Below are positions 48,114 to 61,245 of a stretch of 64,000 nucleotides of DNA, piece by piece. Within the stretch, counting starts at the first letter, position 1; each line of letters begins with the position of its first letter. The position numbers were made by a program, and so were the translations under genes. The notes beneath the pieces are model-generated. The model saw only the letters and a list, made by a program, of their open reading frames with translations, did no database searches and was not told where the DNA came from. The DNA comes from Felis catus. Its lineage: Eukaryota. The stretch is from positions 51,896,001 through 51,960,000 of the forward strand of contig NC_058382.1 of assembly GCF_018350175.1 (NCBI RefSeq), given 5' to 3'.

Positions 48114-48123
48114 TCTCTCTCTG

Positions 48124-48214
<91 letters not shown>
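48114..48214. repeat. Compound microsatellite (CT)n(GT)n
   Basis: Directly visible. Confidence 0.95.
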
Positions 48215-48217
<3 letters not shown>

Positions 48218-49221
48218 GGTGTCTGTGTACATGCATAGATAGCATGTGAATATTTTTCGGCCAGTGACCATCTCTTTAGCAATCTCAACAGGGGGAAATC
48301 AAGTCTCGCTGATAGCTCTGGTGGTTAAGCCCTAGAGAGAACTCGAGCCTGGAGATAAGATGTTCTGGTTGGTCATATCTGGTTTACTGGTCGACCTCCA
48401 GAACACTGAACTGGGAGCTGTTCGTCTCCACCCAAAGCACAATTCATTTCTTACAGCTGAGATTTTATAACTAGGAGGAGAAAAACACGGAGGCAGAGGG
48501 GAAAAAGAAATCAGTTTGTGTCCATCACGGGAGATAATAAATTAGATCTCACAGGTAGTTGTGAGCATTAATTGAGAATACATGTAATGGTTCTCAAAAG
48601 TGTAGGTCAGAAAACATTAGAATTTAAGCTCTACGCAGGCAGAGATTTTGTCTGTGTGGTTTACTGTTGTGTCTTTGCACCTAGAACCCTTCCTGGTACA
48701 TAGCAGGACCCGACCGATATTCATAAATGGACAAATCTGAAAGAGAGATGTAGACAGGGACAATACTCCTGTCAAACTAAGCAGTGGCCTTCCCATCCAG
48801 TCCAGCAAACCAGGTCTGACACACGTCCCCTTCTCTATCTATTCTCTTTGACTTGATGAGCCTTGGAGAAATGACACTATTATTCCAGAGGAAGCAGTTA
48901 AGGAGTGTGACTCCTAAGTTATGAACATGAGCCACAATTATATCGCTAAACTCAGGCCCTGTTTCTAGGAGAGTCCAATTAATATTTAATCAAGGCTTGT
49001 CAGTTATATAAAGTAAAGGAGAAATCCAATTTCCCTGTTGTGGGACTTCTCATTAACAGTGGAATATTCCATTTGCTATACACCCAGCATCTTGCTTTAT
49101 TAAATAGTTATGCCCAACAAGTCAACTGAACATTCCTGGGACAGATTTACAAATAAACTTCAGTGGGAAACTGAAAAGTTTACTTCTCACAATGATTCCT
49201 ATTGATCAGAAATAAGGGGAA

Positions 49222-49412
49222 AGGGGGTGGCTCAGTCAGTTAAGTGTCTGGCTCTTGATTTTGGCTCAGGTTATGACCTCACAGTTCCTGAGTTTGAGCC
49301 CCACATTGGGCTCTGTGCTGACAGTGCAGAGCCTGCTTGGGATTCTATCTCTCTCTCCTCCCTCTCTTTCTGCCCACCCCAGCTCTCTCTCTCTCTCTCA
49401 AAAGAAAGGAAT

Positions 49413-49471
<59 letters not shown>

Positions 49472-49485
49472 AAAAGAAAAATAAA
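49222..49485 (+). mobile_element. SINEC with (GAAA)n tetranucleotide tail (~49412-49472)
   Basis: gggtggctcagtcagttaag head; about 14 GAAA units. Confidence 0.9.
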
Positions 49486-49759
49486 GAAAAAGAAATGGGG
49501 GACAGAACAAGCAAGGCAGAGCAGGGCAGGAGAATGAACTTCCGGGAGTCCCCTGTGCATCCTTAGGCCTGAATCATGAGATGTGTGGTCTAGCAAGAGA
49601 TACAGGCATTGATAAATAACAAACTACCCAAATTACAGTGATTGGTGTTCCAGAGAGATAGAACCCAACCTTGTACACTGCCAGGAGTTTAAATAAAAGC
49701 TAAGACACAGCCACAGAAGTCCTTTGGTGATTGAGGTGAAGGTCTGGAAGTCAGATTTT

Positions 49760-51170
49760 GTCATGGAGTTTGTGGCAAACCCTACTGGTTGTCTACCGAA
49801 GAACCACCTTTCCAAACTTTTCTTTGCTGACAGAACCCGGTTTTGTTCAAGAATCTGGTGGTGTGCCCTTCATGTCAGAGAAAGTGGATCTGCCATTCTA
49901 AGGATAACCCTATGGCCCAATTCAGGCCAATGAAACATTAAGGGGGAATCTTCTAGGGGACACCTGAGAGTGAGTTTCCTCGTGTGATAAAAGGAAGGCA
50001 TGTGAGGGCTATCTTTCCACAAAGCCCCCATCTCTGTTTTCAAAGTGTGCTGGGAAGATGTGATGCTTGCAGCGACTCTAGCCAACTTATAACTGAGAAG
50101 GCCGAGGGAATTGCAAAGACGCTGGACCCATACCTAATGGTGAGCCACTGAGCCCATCCCGGAACCATCCACCTCTCGATTTCTTATTATGTGAGAAAAA
50201 ATGTAGCCCAATTTGTTCCCAGTGCTGCTACATACAGCCGAATACCCCCTAACTGATTCAGATTTATAGCATGACTCTCAGGATTTTAGAAAGGTTTTGT
50301 ACATCTGTTGTGGGTAACCACCCCAAATCTTAGGGGCCTTAAAAAAACCTATTTCACCTCTTCAGAATTCTGTGGGTGTAATGCTCTGTAACTAATTACC
50401 CCAAAATTGAGCAACTCAAAATGACAACATTTATTATCTTCTATAGGTCCTGTGGGTCAGGAATCTGGGAGTGGGTTAGCTGACCGGGTCGGCTCAGGGT
50501 GGACTTTTTCGTAGGACTGACTGAATGTCTTCACGACATGGCGGCTGGCTTCTTCCAAAGCAAGAAAGCAGAGAGAGAAGTAGAAGTAGAAGCTGTGATA
50601 CGTTTTATGACCTAATCTTGGAAGTCCATTTCCAGAACATCTTGTTAGTGACCCCGGTCAGTCCTGCTCATTATAAGAGGGGAATACACAGGATGTGAAC
50701 ACCAACAAGTGAGGACCATCCGCTGAGAGCCATCTTGAAGACGGGCCACCATCCACCCTCTAATTCTGTCATCAGACAGGGTTCAACCAGAGAAGCAAAG
50801 CCACTGTGAGATATACACATGTGCAGACACATACATGTATTAAAAGGATTACTGCAGGGATCTGACCTCAATCAATAGTGAAAACTAGTTGAGCAGTCTC
50901 TGTAAGGCTGTGGTCTTCAGGTCTGAGGTCCTTGGGTCGGCCATGGGGAAGAGAAGACGGAAATGAAGTGAAAGAGGAGGAAAATAAGCTAGAACCCACG
51001 AGCACACACCAGAACCCTGATCAACCTCTCACGGCCTCCTGCTTTGATGCTGTGGGTGTTTTTCAGGGGAATCTGGTGCCTCGCCATAAGCCAAAGAATA
51101 CAGGGAAGGGAATTCTGGGAAACGGTTGAGCCGGGCTGAGTCGACATCTTGCGAAGCTACAGTGGTGGTT
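49760..51170. mobile_element. Cluster of adjacent MaLR/ERVL LTR remnants (~49760-50260 +, ~50305-50760 -, ~50765-51170)
   Basis: 'ttcaggccaatga..gatgtgatgcttgcagc..ttcttattatgtgagaa'; 'tgtgggtcaggaatctggg..catggcggctggcttc..ttttatgaccta'; 'cagggttcaaccagagaagca'. Confidence 0.6.
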
Positions 51171-52773
51171 TTCTTTTTAAGGAATAGTGACGAGGACAGG
51201 GCTCAAGAGGCTTCTGGGGCACTGGGGACTTTCTGCTTGCTTTATCTAGGTATTAGTAGCATGGCCAGATTTAAATTTTATGAAGAATCAGAGAGGGGTC
51301 TGCTTGCAGTTTGGGCACATTTCTGTGCATGTTATCCTTCAATAAAATTTTTACCTTTAAATACGATGCATATTTTATGGAGAAGGCCTAGAAAACCAAA
51401 GAGGAAAAAAAACACCATAATCTCAGCACCCAAAGTAACTATTGTTAGTATTTTGACTTATCCCTAGTCTGTACAGACCCCCACATTCACGCATACCCAT
51501 ATACCTGTTACTTCCTACCCCATAAGTTCTGGTTTATAACTGCTTTTTCCCCCCTTTAGAAATATACTATGGGCATTTTCCATGTCGCTCAGTATCCTTT
51601 TACAGCAGAATTTTAATGATGGCTTAGAAGTCCGATAGATTAATCCCCTTTGAGTAATCCTTTTTCAATTTTTGGTCAGAGAAAATAATCCTTTGACTTA
51701 CTCCTAAACTGTCAAGAGACCCAAGCCAGGACTGTTTGTTCCTTTATTCCCAACAAGGCCTACTCAAGGCAAGTAGTGGGTTTTTCAACTGCAATCCCAG
51801 ATATCTGGTATATATTTTGGAGGGTGGCCTAGACTCCTTGGGCAGAAATAAATTATAGAAGGAAGCAGGCGTGGTGAATGTGGGTCTTTCGGAGACATCA
51901 GCCTGTCTCCTGGACTTGCTGTCTCCACACCCAAATAAACAGGCTCTGGGAATATTTCCTGTCTGGTTTCTACTGGAAGGAACTCTTCAGCAAAAACCAG
52001 CATCCAATGCAAATTGGATGGCCCCTCTCTGCTCATCGGGGGGGAAAGCAAGAAGCTGAAAAGGTCTCCTGAGATGAAAAGCAGACACTCATAAAACCCT
52101 GACTCCCTCCCTGTTTACCAGACATTCAAAATGGATGTGCTAGTGGTTTCCTGAAAGCAAAGAAAAGCTGGTTCATATTCTAAAGCCTTAGAGGCTTTTG
52201 CCTTTGAGATAAAGAGCAGTGTTTTCTAGGCACCAACACAGCACTCCAGTAAGCCGCCATCTTGCTTCCTAACCTGAGGGACCTCTCCACATCGCTAAGA
52301 AAAGATATAAGATTGAAATCTGTTTCTTACATACTTATTTTCCTGGTGGGAACATGGGCGCATCTGTTTGAAACAGAGTGATGTATGATGGTGGCATTCA
52401 TTTGAGGCCTTATTAAATGATATCATGGTCAGTAAAGTACAGAAATATCTTAATCCTGCCCTGGTCCACCGAAACCTCCTCCTTCATGAAGGACAACGGC
52501 AAGTGGACGTGAGGACTGACACGGCCAGTACAGAGCTTGTCCCAAACTCCACTAGAGAGCACCCCACAGTGTACTGGGCTAGAACACAGAACCTCGCCCC
52601 AAATTTAGGAGCTTGTGTACCTGTCTTAGCCCAGACCCACCACCTTACCACCATCCATGCCGTTGTATATAATACACAGAAGTAAAGAGATCAAAAGAAA
52701 TGCTCATGGGAAGAAGCAAAGAGAAAGACACAGCCATTCCCATGTGGAAACCTTTTAAGAATTAGTGACTCTG

Positions 52774-53234
52774 GGGGCGCCTGGGTGGCTCAGTCAGTTA
52801 AGCGTCTGACTTCAGCTCAGGTCACGATCTCGCGGTCCGTGAGTTCAAGCCCCGCATCGGGCTCTGGGCTGACAGCCCAACGCCTGGAGCCTGTTTCCGA
52901 TTCTGTGTCTCCCTCTCTCTCTGCCCCTCCCCCATTCATGCTCTGTCTCTCTCTGTCTCAAAAATAAATAAACGTTAAAAAAAAAGATTAAAGGGGCGCC
53001 TGGGTGGCGCAGTCGGTTAAGCGTCCAACTTCAGCCAGGTCACGATCTCGTGGTCCGTGAGTTCGAGCCCCGCGTCGGGCTCTGGGCTGATGGCTCAGAG
53101 CCTGGAGCCTGTTTCCGATTCTGTGTCTCCCTCTCTCTCTGCCCCTCCCCCGTTCATGCTCTGTCTCTCTCTGTCCCAAAAATAAATAAACGTTGAAAAA
53201 AAATTAAAAAAAAAAAAAAAGATTAAAAAAAAAA
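52774..53234 (+). mobile_element. Tandem SINEC_Fc pair (second copy from 52993 inserted in the A tail of the first)
   Basis: Outer TSD aagaatt(a/c)gtgactct; inner TSD aaaaaaagattaaa. Confidence 0.93.
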
Positions 53235-56200
53235 GAATTCGTGACTCTGCCTGTTAGGCCGCGTGGTCCACGCTGCGTCCCGAAACTGACCCTTCTCTTA
53301 TCCCCCCACCCCCATCACTGTTCCCTCCCTCTGGGAAGGAGACAAGCTAAGGTCTCCACTTTTCCCATTGAATATAATTAGCAAGATGTATCCAGAATCT
53401 TAAAATATCCACCCCCTTTTGGCTCGGTAGTATCAAATATCACTAATGCTTTTTATAGGCTAAGTGTTGTTCTAAGTAACCACTTTGTAAGTATTAATCT
53501 AAGCCCCACAGCAAGCTTCTATTTTAAATACTACTATTTCCCCCTAGTTTATTGATGGGGAAACCGAAGTGTGGGGGAGTTGAGAATACTGCCCATGATC
53601 CAAGAGCTGGTGGCAGGGCCTCTATTTGCTATCAAGCAACCTAGACTCCATTCTGTGTTGTTAAGCATAAGAATATGCTGCCTGTCAGCAAATCCATTTA
53701 TAGAACAGGGGGTCCTAAAAAAATAATCTAGAGTACAGAAAAAAAAAAAACCTGATACACAAAGATGTAGATCTCAACATTGTGTATAATAAAGGAAAAA
53801 TTGGAAATTAGTTAAACAACTGGAGCCAGTTTAGTAAAGGAAGGTACATGAAATATTATTAACAATATGTGATGACTTATTGGCCAAGTAACAGGTGCAA
53901 ACCTGTGACTATTGCAGACCCACCCAAATCTACAGAATACAGACAGCAGGTTCCTCCGAGTCGTCAGCCTGCCTCCCACCACCCACGGCATTAAGGAGGA
54001 GTCAGGAGGCCAGGTTCCCAGCACAGGTTCTTGGACAGCTCACCAAATGGACACCCAACCCCCTGCCCCCGCCAGATGAAAACTTCAACCCAGGGCTCGA
54101 ACCATTCACCATTCCCATCTATTTAATGAGTGCCGCTAGCATTTGCCGTTGGATAGGCATTGCTGTCAGCATCTCCTGTGTATTCACTAACTCGGCCTCT
54201 ACCTAGGAATTGGGTACTGCTGTTACACTTTCTCTTCCTCAGACGTGGGAGACACCATAGCTGGGGCACACAGCTGAGAGCTCGTAAAGCCAGGACTCAA
54301 ACCAAGGTGGTCTCTTAACCAGAGCCTTCTGCCTTAACCACCACCCCACACCCCAGCCATTTCCACACAGAGCCTGTGGTGGGAACATCTTCTGTCCACC
54401 AGCCCATGGGCAGGGATGTGTGTGGCCCCGTGGCCAGCACATTCCTGCATTGAAAGTGAGGCATATGCAAGACTGTGGGCCTGCAAAGACGATGGGGTAG
54501 AAGCAGAGCCTGGGGCAGGAGACTGTGGAGGGACAAGATGTGCCCCTGCTTTGCACACACACCCCCTCTACTCTCCTGCCCCTCAAATGCAAGCAGAGAC
54601 ATACATGTAGGGGCAGGGAGTATATGGGAAATCTCCGCACCTTCCTGTGAATTTTGCTGTGAACCTAAAAAAAAAAAGGCTACTGAAAAATTAACTTTTC
54701 AATCTCTACTTATTATTTTACTCACTGCAATCTGGTTTCCATGTCTTATGCATTGCAGAAATTGCCTGCAGTCATTTTTCTAACTCCCAAGACCAGTGTT
54801 TATTTCAGGCTTTTTCCTGTTTTACTTCTTTGGCGTATCTGCCAGTTCTGTCTCCTCTCTCCTCCCCAAGAACCTTCAAAATATGTGAAAAATCAATGAA
54901 GGGAAATAAACTTTTTCTCTAGCTTTCCCACCCCTGAGTCCCTTTCCTGTCTCTCCCCACCCATTAAGTATCTGAGACCCCATGGATTTGTCTCTGATGC
55001 TCTTTTCCCCGTATGAGTATCCTGGCTTCAGACCCATCATTAGGTTCCCACTGTTGATGTATCATTGATTCCCTATGAACAAATCATTGATTCTCTCAAA
55101 CAAGTCTTTTTTTTAACCTCATTCAAGTGTCCAACCACTATTTCCTATCATCAGCTAGACAAACACAGCTGAGTGTCCCATGAAAACCTTAAGACCGTGT
55201 TGTCCAATACCAAACTTGCTTTGATCCCTCCACCCTCCACATCTTCTATGTCTCTTCATTCATCTCAAATCCAAAGGAAATATAAGCAATGCCTTATCCA
55301 TACAATTCATCTATTTGATTGCTATTCCTATTCTTTATGAGGAACAGATTTCCTTGGTCTGCGGACCAATTTTCTTGGCCTCCCCATCAGGTTGTAGCAG
55401 TGCAGGGTCTCAGCCTTGGGAAGCACTTTCTGGAGAGATGACCAAAAGGCAATCCCCTTTTATGCTATCTAAACCAGATGGCATAGCTTGACTGTTTACT
55501 TGAGACAGCTCAAGAGGGAACACAAGATGGCGTTAGTTCTATCACTAAATTTCCACCAGGAAAACGGTCAGGGACTTAAAAGTTGGAAAACTAGTTAATC
55601 CCCAGAAAGGCAGATTTTCCCAATGGGTCACTCTGAAACCTGCAGTCATCTTGCTCCAAGAACACACAGAGTCTGTAAGCCTCTGAATTCTGATGCAGAA
55701 CAAAGACCTCACTGTTGTTACCTGAGGGCTGAAAACCGTTTCCACTGTGTCCAATGTCGGGAGGCCTACAGAGAGGAATTATGAAGGTTTTCCACCAAGG
55801 GCTGCCCTTGCTCTCGGTGGAAGGGAGGCGAATACTGACTTATTTATATTTTTGGACCACGTTGGCAGCAGGGCCAGGCAAAACTCACAATAAATTTGAA
55901 ACGTTGGTACACGTAGGAAAAAGAGACCAATGGAATATTTGCTTCCCTAAGAAAATGCACTGTTCACTACAGTGAGTGCTTGGAAGGTGGGCCAGGGGGG
56001 GATAGCCAGCTGGGTGGCTGCAGAGGGATGACTTCAGAGCGAAGTCAGTAAGGGCTAGGACGTTATTGTAATGATGACAGTGATAACGATAATTAACTTA
56101 CCAATACAAAGTGTACATATGAAATATCCCTTCTGTATCAGCCACTGTATTGATTGTTTCCAGGGAGCCTTTTTTATCTTCCCAATAATGGTGGCAGATG

Positions 56201-57316
56201 GTCATTATGACCCCCAATTGATAGGAATGGGGCGCTCAGAGAGACGAATGAGCTCGCCCCCATCACATAGCCGGTAAACGAGCGAGCCCCGATTCAACCC
56301 CAGACCCACATGATGTCATTTGTACACTTGGCGGTACCGTGCGCTGCTGTGGGAAGTGAGGACTTCAGTGAGGTATCAGTCTGTTCAAGGCCAAGGATGC
56401 GGTAGCTTCAGCCACTGAGAGGCCCCACAAGAAGGCAGAGTGGAATGGGGCCAGAAGAACACTTGGTCTGAAAGAGGGGATGGAGCTAGTTCAAGATGAG
56501 ATCACACACTAGAAACCAGCTCAGAGAAGTAGCTGCCACAGGCCTGGAGCAGAGCACAAGAAACTCAGGCAGGGGTTGTTGTAACTAAGTTTGGAAGAAC
56601 CCAAAGAAATCAGAGCAAAGGTAGAAATAGTCTAAACGGAGCTGATCGGGCACAGCAATGTCAGGGCGCCTTCATGGATTAAACGGGGGGCTGTGATTTC
56701 TTCTTGCTGGTCACAAGAGAGCTAGGGGTAGGGTCTTCTGGGTAAAGCAAAACTTTCTAGCAGCAGAACTGGCTGCCTTCGTGGGGAGTGAATTCTCCAC
56801 CATGAGAAGCGGTCAAAGCAGAGATGTGTCTCTCCCAAACTTGGGATGCCATTGTTCTAATCCCACCACCCTGACTTTACCAGAAAATGTCACACTGATC
56901 TGTAGGTAAGCCCACAGAGCCCCAAATCCCTTCACCACTGGGTGGGGTGGGCCCACCCCTCAGCTGAGGAGACCAGCTGTTGAAGATTCCAAGAAAAGCC
57001 ACTTAACTCCCTAAGGCTAGGTCCACCTTCTATAAAACAGGGATAACAATGCCTTCCTTATAGGCTTTATATGAAAAAAATCCTAGCACAGTAGTTAGGA
57101 TGAGATTAATTGAATCTAAATCACCACTCTCCTTACTCTAAATCCTTTTGGTTGAACCACTTCATGGAATAGACATTTATTAAATGCCTACTACGCATTA
57201 TTCATTGCATTAGACACTAAAATTATGCCATCCGATATAGGAGTGGTTAGCCACATATGGCTATTGAGCGTTCTATTGGACAGCGGGTCCAACTGTTGGT
57301 CTAGAAAATCAGCAGA

Positions 57317-57540
57317 GGGGCGCCTGGGTGGCGCAGTCGCTTAAGCGTCCGACTTCGGTTCAGGTCACGATCTCGCGGTCCGTGAGTTTGAGCCCCGCGT
57401 CAGGCTCTGGGCTGACAGCTCAGATCCTGGAGCCTGTTTCAGATTCTGTGTCTCCCTCTCTTTCTGGCCCTCCCCCGTTCATGCTCTGTCTCTCTCTGTC
57501 TCAAAAACAAATAAATGTTAAAAAAAAATTAAAAAAAAAA
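57317..57540 (+). mobile_element. SINEC_Fc
   Basis: TSD aaaatcagcagag. Confidence 0.93.
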
Positions 57541-60099
57541 TCAGCAGAGAATAAGGCAAGATCTGTGTCCCAGGTAAAAAATGTGAGGGAGACTAAACAG
57601 TGTAAGATGTTTAGAAGGTCTACGATAAAGTATGATCAGTGTGGGTGCAAAGAGGACCAAACCTGTAAGGTTGAGGTCAGGGCCAGGGTGAGTCTGAGGA
57701 CCTTATAGAGATATGATGCCTCATGCATCCATATCACCGTCATTAGGGAAGCCTAAGTTCCCTTGATTGATGACGTACTATGACAAGATGTGGCTTGAAT
57801 GTTTTATACACATGTCCTAATTTTCTCAACATTCTGTTAAGACAAATGAGGAAGCTACAGTTAGGAGAAATGACAAAGTCTGACCATTGTCACACAACTA
57901 AAAAGCAACAGATCTAAAATCTTAACCCCAGACTCTCGGAGTCCTTGCTCCTTACCTATATCCAGTGCTATCCCATCTTAGCAAGGTCTTTGAACTCTCT
58001 CCCTAACCCCCGTCCACAGCCTTCTCTTCAAATTCCCTGACACTTTTGCCAGTCACAGCTGCAAGTAATAGGCCTAAATATAAATGACACAATTTGTACA
58101 CAATCCATAACCAATCTTTCCTTCAAGCATTTCAACCTCCACCCTGCTGTAATGAGTTCTGCCCTATCACTCCCCTTAAATTCTGCCCTTGACCCCCTGA
58201 ACACAGCCTTCAAAGATTTCAGCCGTGAGTATTAACGGACAAACAACGATGAGGACAGATGAACTTGTTTGTTAGACACTCTGGAAAACAGCGGCTTAGC
58301 GCAACTTTAAAATAGCAGCCGGTGGAATAAACACATCAGTTACACAGGGTGGTCAGGAGACATGTTGTAAACAGCAATTTATTAAGGAAATTTAAACTCT
58401 GGTGACAGTTTTTAAATCCTCACCAAAACACTTTCTGACTAAAGACAATATTTTTATAGTTCCTATTCCCTGGCTATAAATGTGCACTTCTTCTTAAATA
58501 GCCCTTTCAGAAGGCCTGGTCCAGCCCAGGGGACGAGCTGATGACATCATCATGCCCCACAAAAAAGGGATTGTTCAGCCTCCAAGAACACTGAGGGAGG
58601 AGGTCTGCCCTCCCCAAGAACAAGGTGGGGACAAGGCCACCTGCCCCCAATACCTTTGATGTGTGTGTGTAGTCCTTGATGTGATTTTCTCCCAGATTGT
58701 TGCCATCTTCTCCCCTGTTATTCCTGTTGAGGTTTTGGGGGGTGGAGGCTCACCCAAAGGGGAAGGCCATGTCTGATGTCAATCAGCATTTGGGATAAGG
58801 ACAAAAACCCTTACATTAAGAATATTCTCAGATCCAACCCCCATCTTCTCCCAGCCAAACCTGCAGCCATTTAGTTTCCAAAGGTTTTTCCCTAAATGAG
58901 GATGAAGTGGACTTAGAATCTCAGCGGGAGGAAGAGAAGTTAAAAGGAAGCTCCCATCCCTGTCTGGCCTCAGTGCCAGGCACCTGAAAGCCAATCTGAG
59001 CTTCCCCAGTGCTGAGCGGGCTGGTTTCCTAGCATGACTCCAAATGTTCTTATGCCAAATGAGTCTGTCCCTTCACTCTTCCAAGACTTGAGTTGCTGTT
59101 TCCTTGGTCAAGTGCCTGGTTGCTGGAGCCTCAGAGCAAGGGAGGGAAGCAAAAGCAAAACCATCCCGCCACACATTAGTAAATAGCTATTGAGCAAACA
59201 CAGTGTGCAAAGTAGTGTGCTGCATGCAGAGTTGAGCTAACCCAGCAGAGCCCCTGCCCTCTGGGAGCTTACAGCCTATCCAGAGAGACAGACATCCAAC
59301 CCGGCAGTCAATTAAGTAAATACATTTTTAAATGAGTACCAAAGTATGAGAAGGGCTGTAAAGGAAGAAGGGTACCTTCATGGAGAAAACAGAGTAGGAC
59401 TCCCTAGACTATGCAGATAGGATAGAGAAGATATGTCTGAGAAGGTGAGTTTCAAGTTCAGATCTGGAGGACAAGAAGGCGCCAGTCAGACTCACTTGGA
59501 CTCACACCAACAGTTCAAGGGTGGGAAGGGACTGGGTACAGTGACAGAGAAAAAGCACGCGGAAAAGCAGAGTGGGATGGAAAGAGAGAACGGGATATGG
59601 CTCAAAGTTGGCAAAAGACCTCCACAAATGGACAGTCACGAGGACAAACCAGGTGGGTCCCACCAGGCAGGAGGTCTTCAGAAACCAAGGTAAGAAGCCT
59701 GGGTTTCATCATAAGGACAATGGTAAGATTTGGAGGGTTTTAGGTCGGAGAGTGACAATCCCTTTGGTGATATGTGGAGCGTTGGCTTGAGTTGGGAGGG
59801 AACAGGGTGGCTGAGCTGCGTTCAGGACAAGAGGTCTTGGTGACTTCCGATGGGACGAAGGGTAAGAAAGAGGAAGCATGCATGTGCGGGCAGAAACCAC
59901 AGCACTTGCTGTTGACAAGGTCATGAGGAAGGGCATTGCAGGCAAAGGAGGGGTGGGGTGGGGGCAAAAAGACGCCTAGAGTTTCAGAAGTGGCCCCCTG
60001 AATGGGCTGGAGACATTAACTGTACCAGGGAGCCACGGGAGGAATGAGACTTTTTTAAAATTCATGGGAGGTTAATGGGGGAAGAATCTAGAATTTCAT

Positions 60100-60320
60100 T
60101 TAAAAATTTGTTTTAACATTTATTTTTGAGGGACAGAGATAGAGCACGAGCAGGGGAGGGGCAGAGAGAGAGGGAGACACAGAATCCGAAGAATCCGAAG
60201 CAGGCTCCAGGCTTTGAGCTGTCAGCACAGAGCCCGACGTGAGGCTTGAACCCACGAACCGTGAGATCAGGACCTGAGCTGAAGTCGGACGCTCAACCGA
60301 CTGAACCACCCAAGTGCCCC
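60100..60320 (-). mobile_element. SINEC_Fc inside an L2 remnant (~59180-60560)
   Basis: TSD agaatttcattt; internal 9-bp duplication gaatccgaa. Confidence 0.9.
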
Positions 60321-60579
60321 CAGAATTTCATTTTAACCATCACGAATTTGAAATGTCTCCAAGACATCGTCATGTGGGCAACTGCAACAGTGAATCTGAA
60401 GGAGGAGACCCAAATTGAGAGGTAAATGTGGGAGAATCCCAGACAGAGAATTTAAAGCCACAAGAAGGATTAAGATCATTTAAGGGAGAGAGTATAGGAG
60501 GTTAGAGCGGCCAGGGGTGAGTCCTGAGGAGTACTAGGCAGTGTAGGCAGGGAAGAAGTCAATCCTCAAATATTTTCTA

Positions 60580-60583
60580 AAAT

Positions 60584-60660
<77 letters not shown>

Positions 60661-60822
60661 GAGAGCAGGGAAGAGGCGGAGAGAGTGAGAGAGAATTCCA
60701 AGCAGGCTCTGTGCTGTCAGCGTGGAGCCCAATACAGGGCTCGAACCCACAAACCATGAGATCATGACCTGAAGCAAAATCAAGAGGCAGACGCTTCACC
60801 GACTGAGCCACCCAGGCGCCCC
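60580..60822 (-). mobile_element. SINEC with (TTTA)n and (GA)n
   Basis: Reverse head ccaggcgcccc; TSD aaatattt. Confidence 0.9.
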
Positions 60823-60859
60823 TGAAATATTTCATTACAACAAAAAGCTTGGACTTCGG

Positions 60860-61245
60860 CAAAACTCTTCTCTGTGCTACTGTGATGGTGGATATGTGAC
60901 ATTACATGTTTATTTACCAAGATCCACGGAGCTGCACAACACGGAGTGAACGCTAATGTAAACTGTAGGCTTTAGCTGACAGCAATAGATCAATATTCAT
61001 TCATCAATTACAACAAATACACCACACAAGCACAGGACTTTTTTTTGGTTTGTTTTTTGTTTTGTTTTTTTGCAAGATGTTAATAACAGGAAAACTGGGG
61101 GGGGGGGGCAGGGCAAGCTCTCTATACTTTCTGCTTCACTTTTCTCTAACTGCTCTAAAAAATAAAGTGTATTAATTTAAATTTAATTAATTTCTCTAAC
61201 TAACTTCTCTAAACTGCTCTAAAAAATAAAGTGTATTAATTTAAA
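60860..61245 (+). mobile_element. Old LINE-1 (L1MC-type) 3' end
   Basis: 'tactgtgatggtggatatgtgacatta..gagtgaacgctaatgtaaact..gcaagatgttaataacaggaaaactgg..ctgctctaaaaaataaagt'. Confidence 0.7.

Noticed and set aside
3661..60822. tRNA genes suggested by A/B-box heads (GGTGGCTCAGTCGGTTAAGC..GTTCGAGCCC)
   Set aside because: These are tRNA-derived Can-SINE heads with CT/A tails and TSDs, not tRNA cloverleaves.
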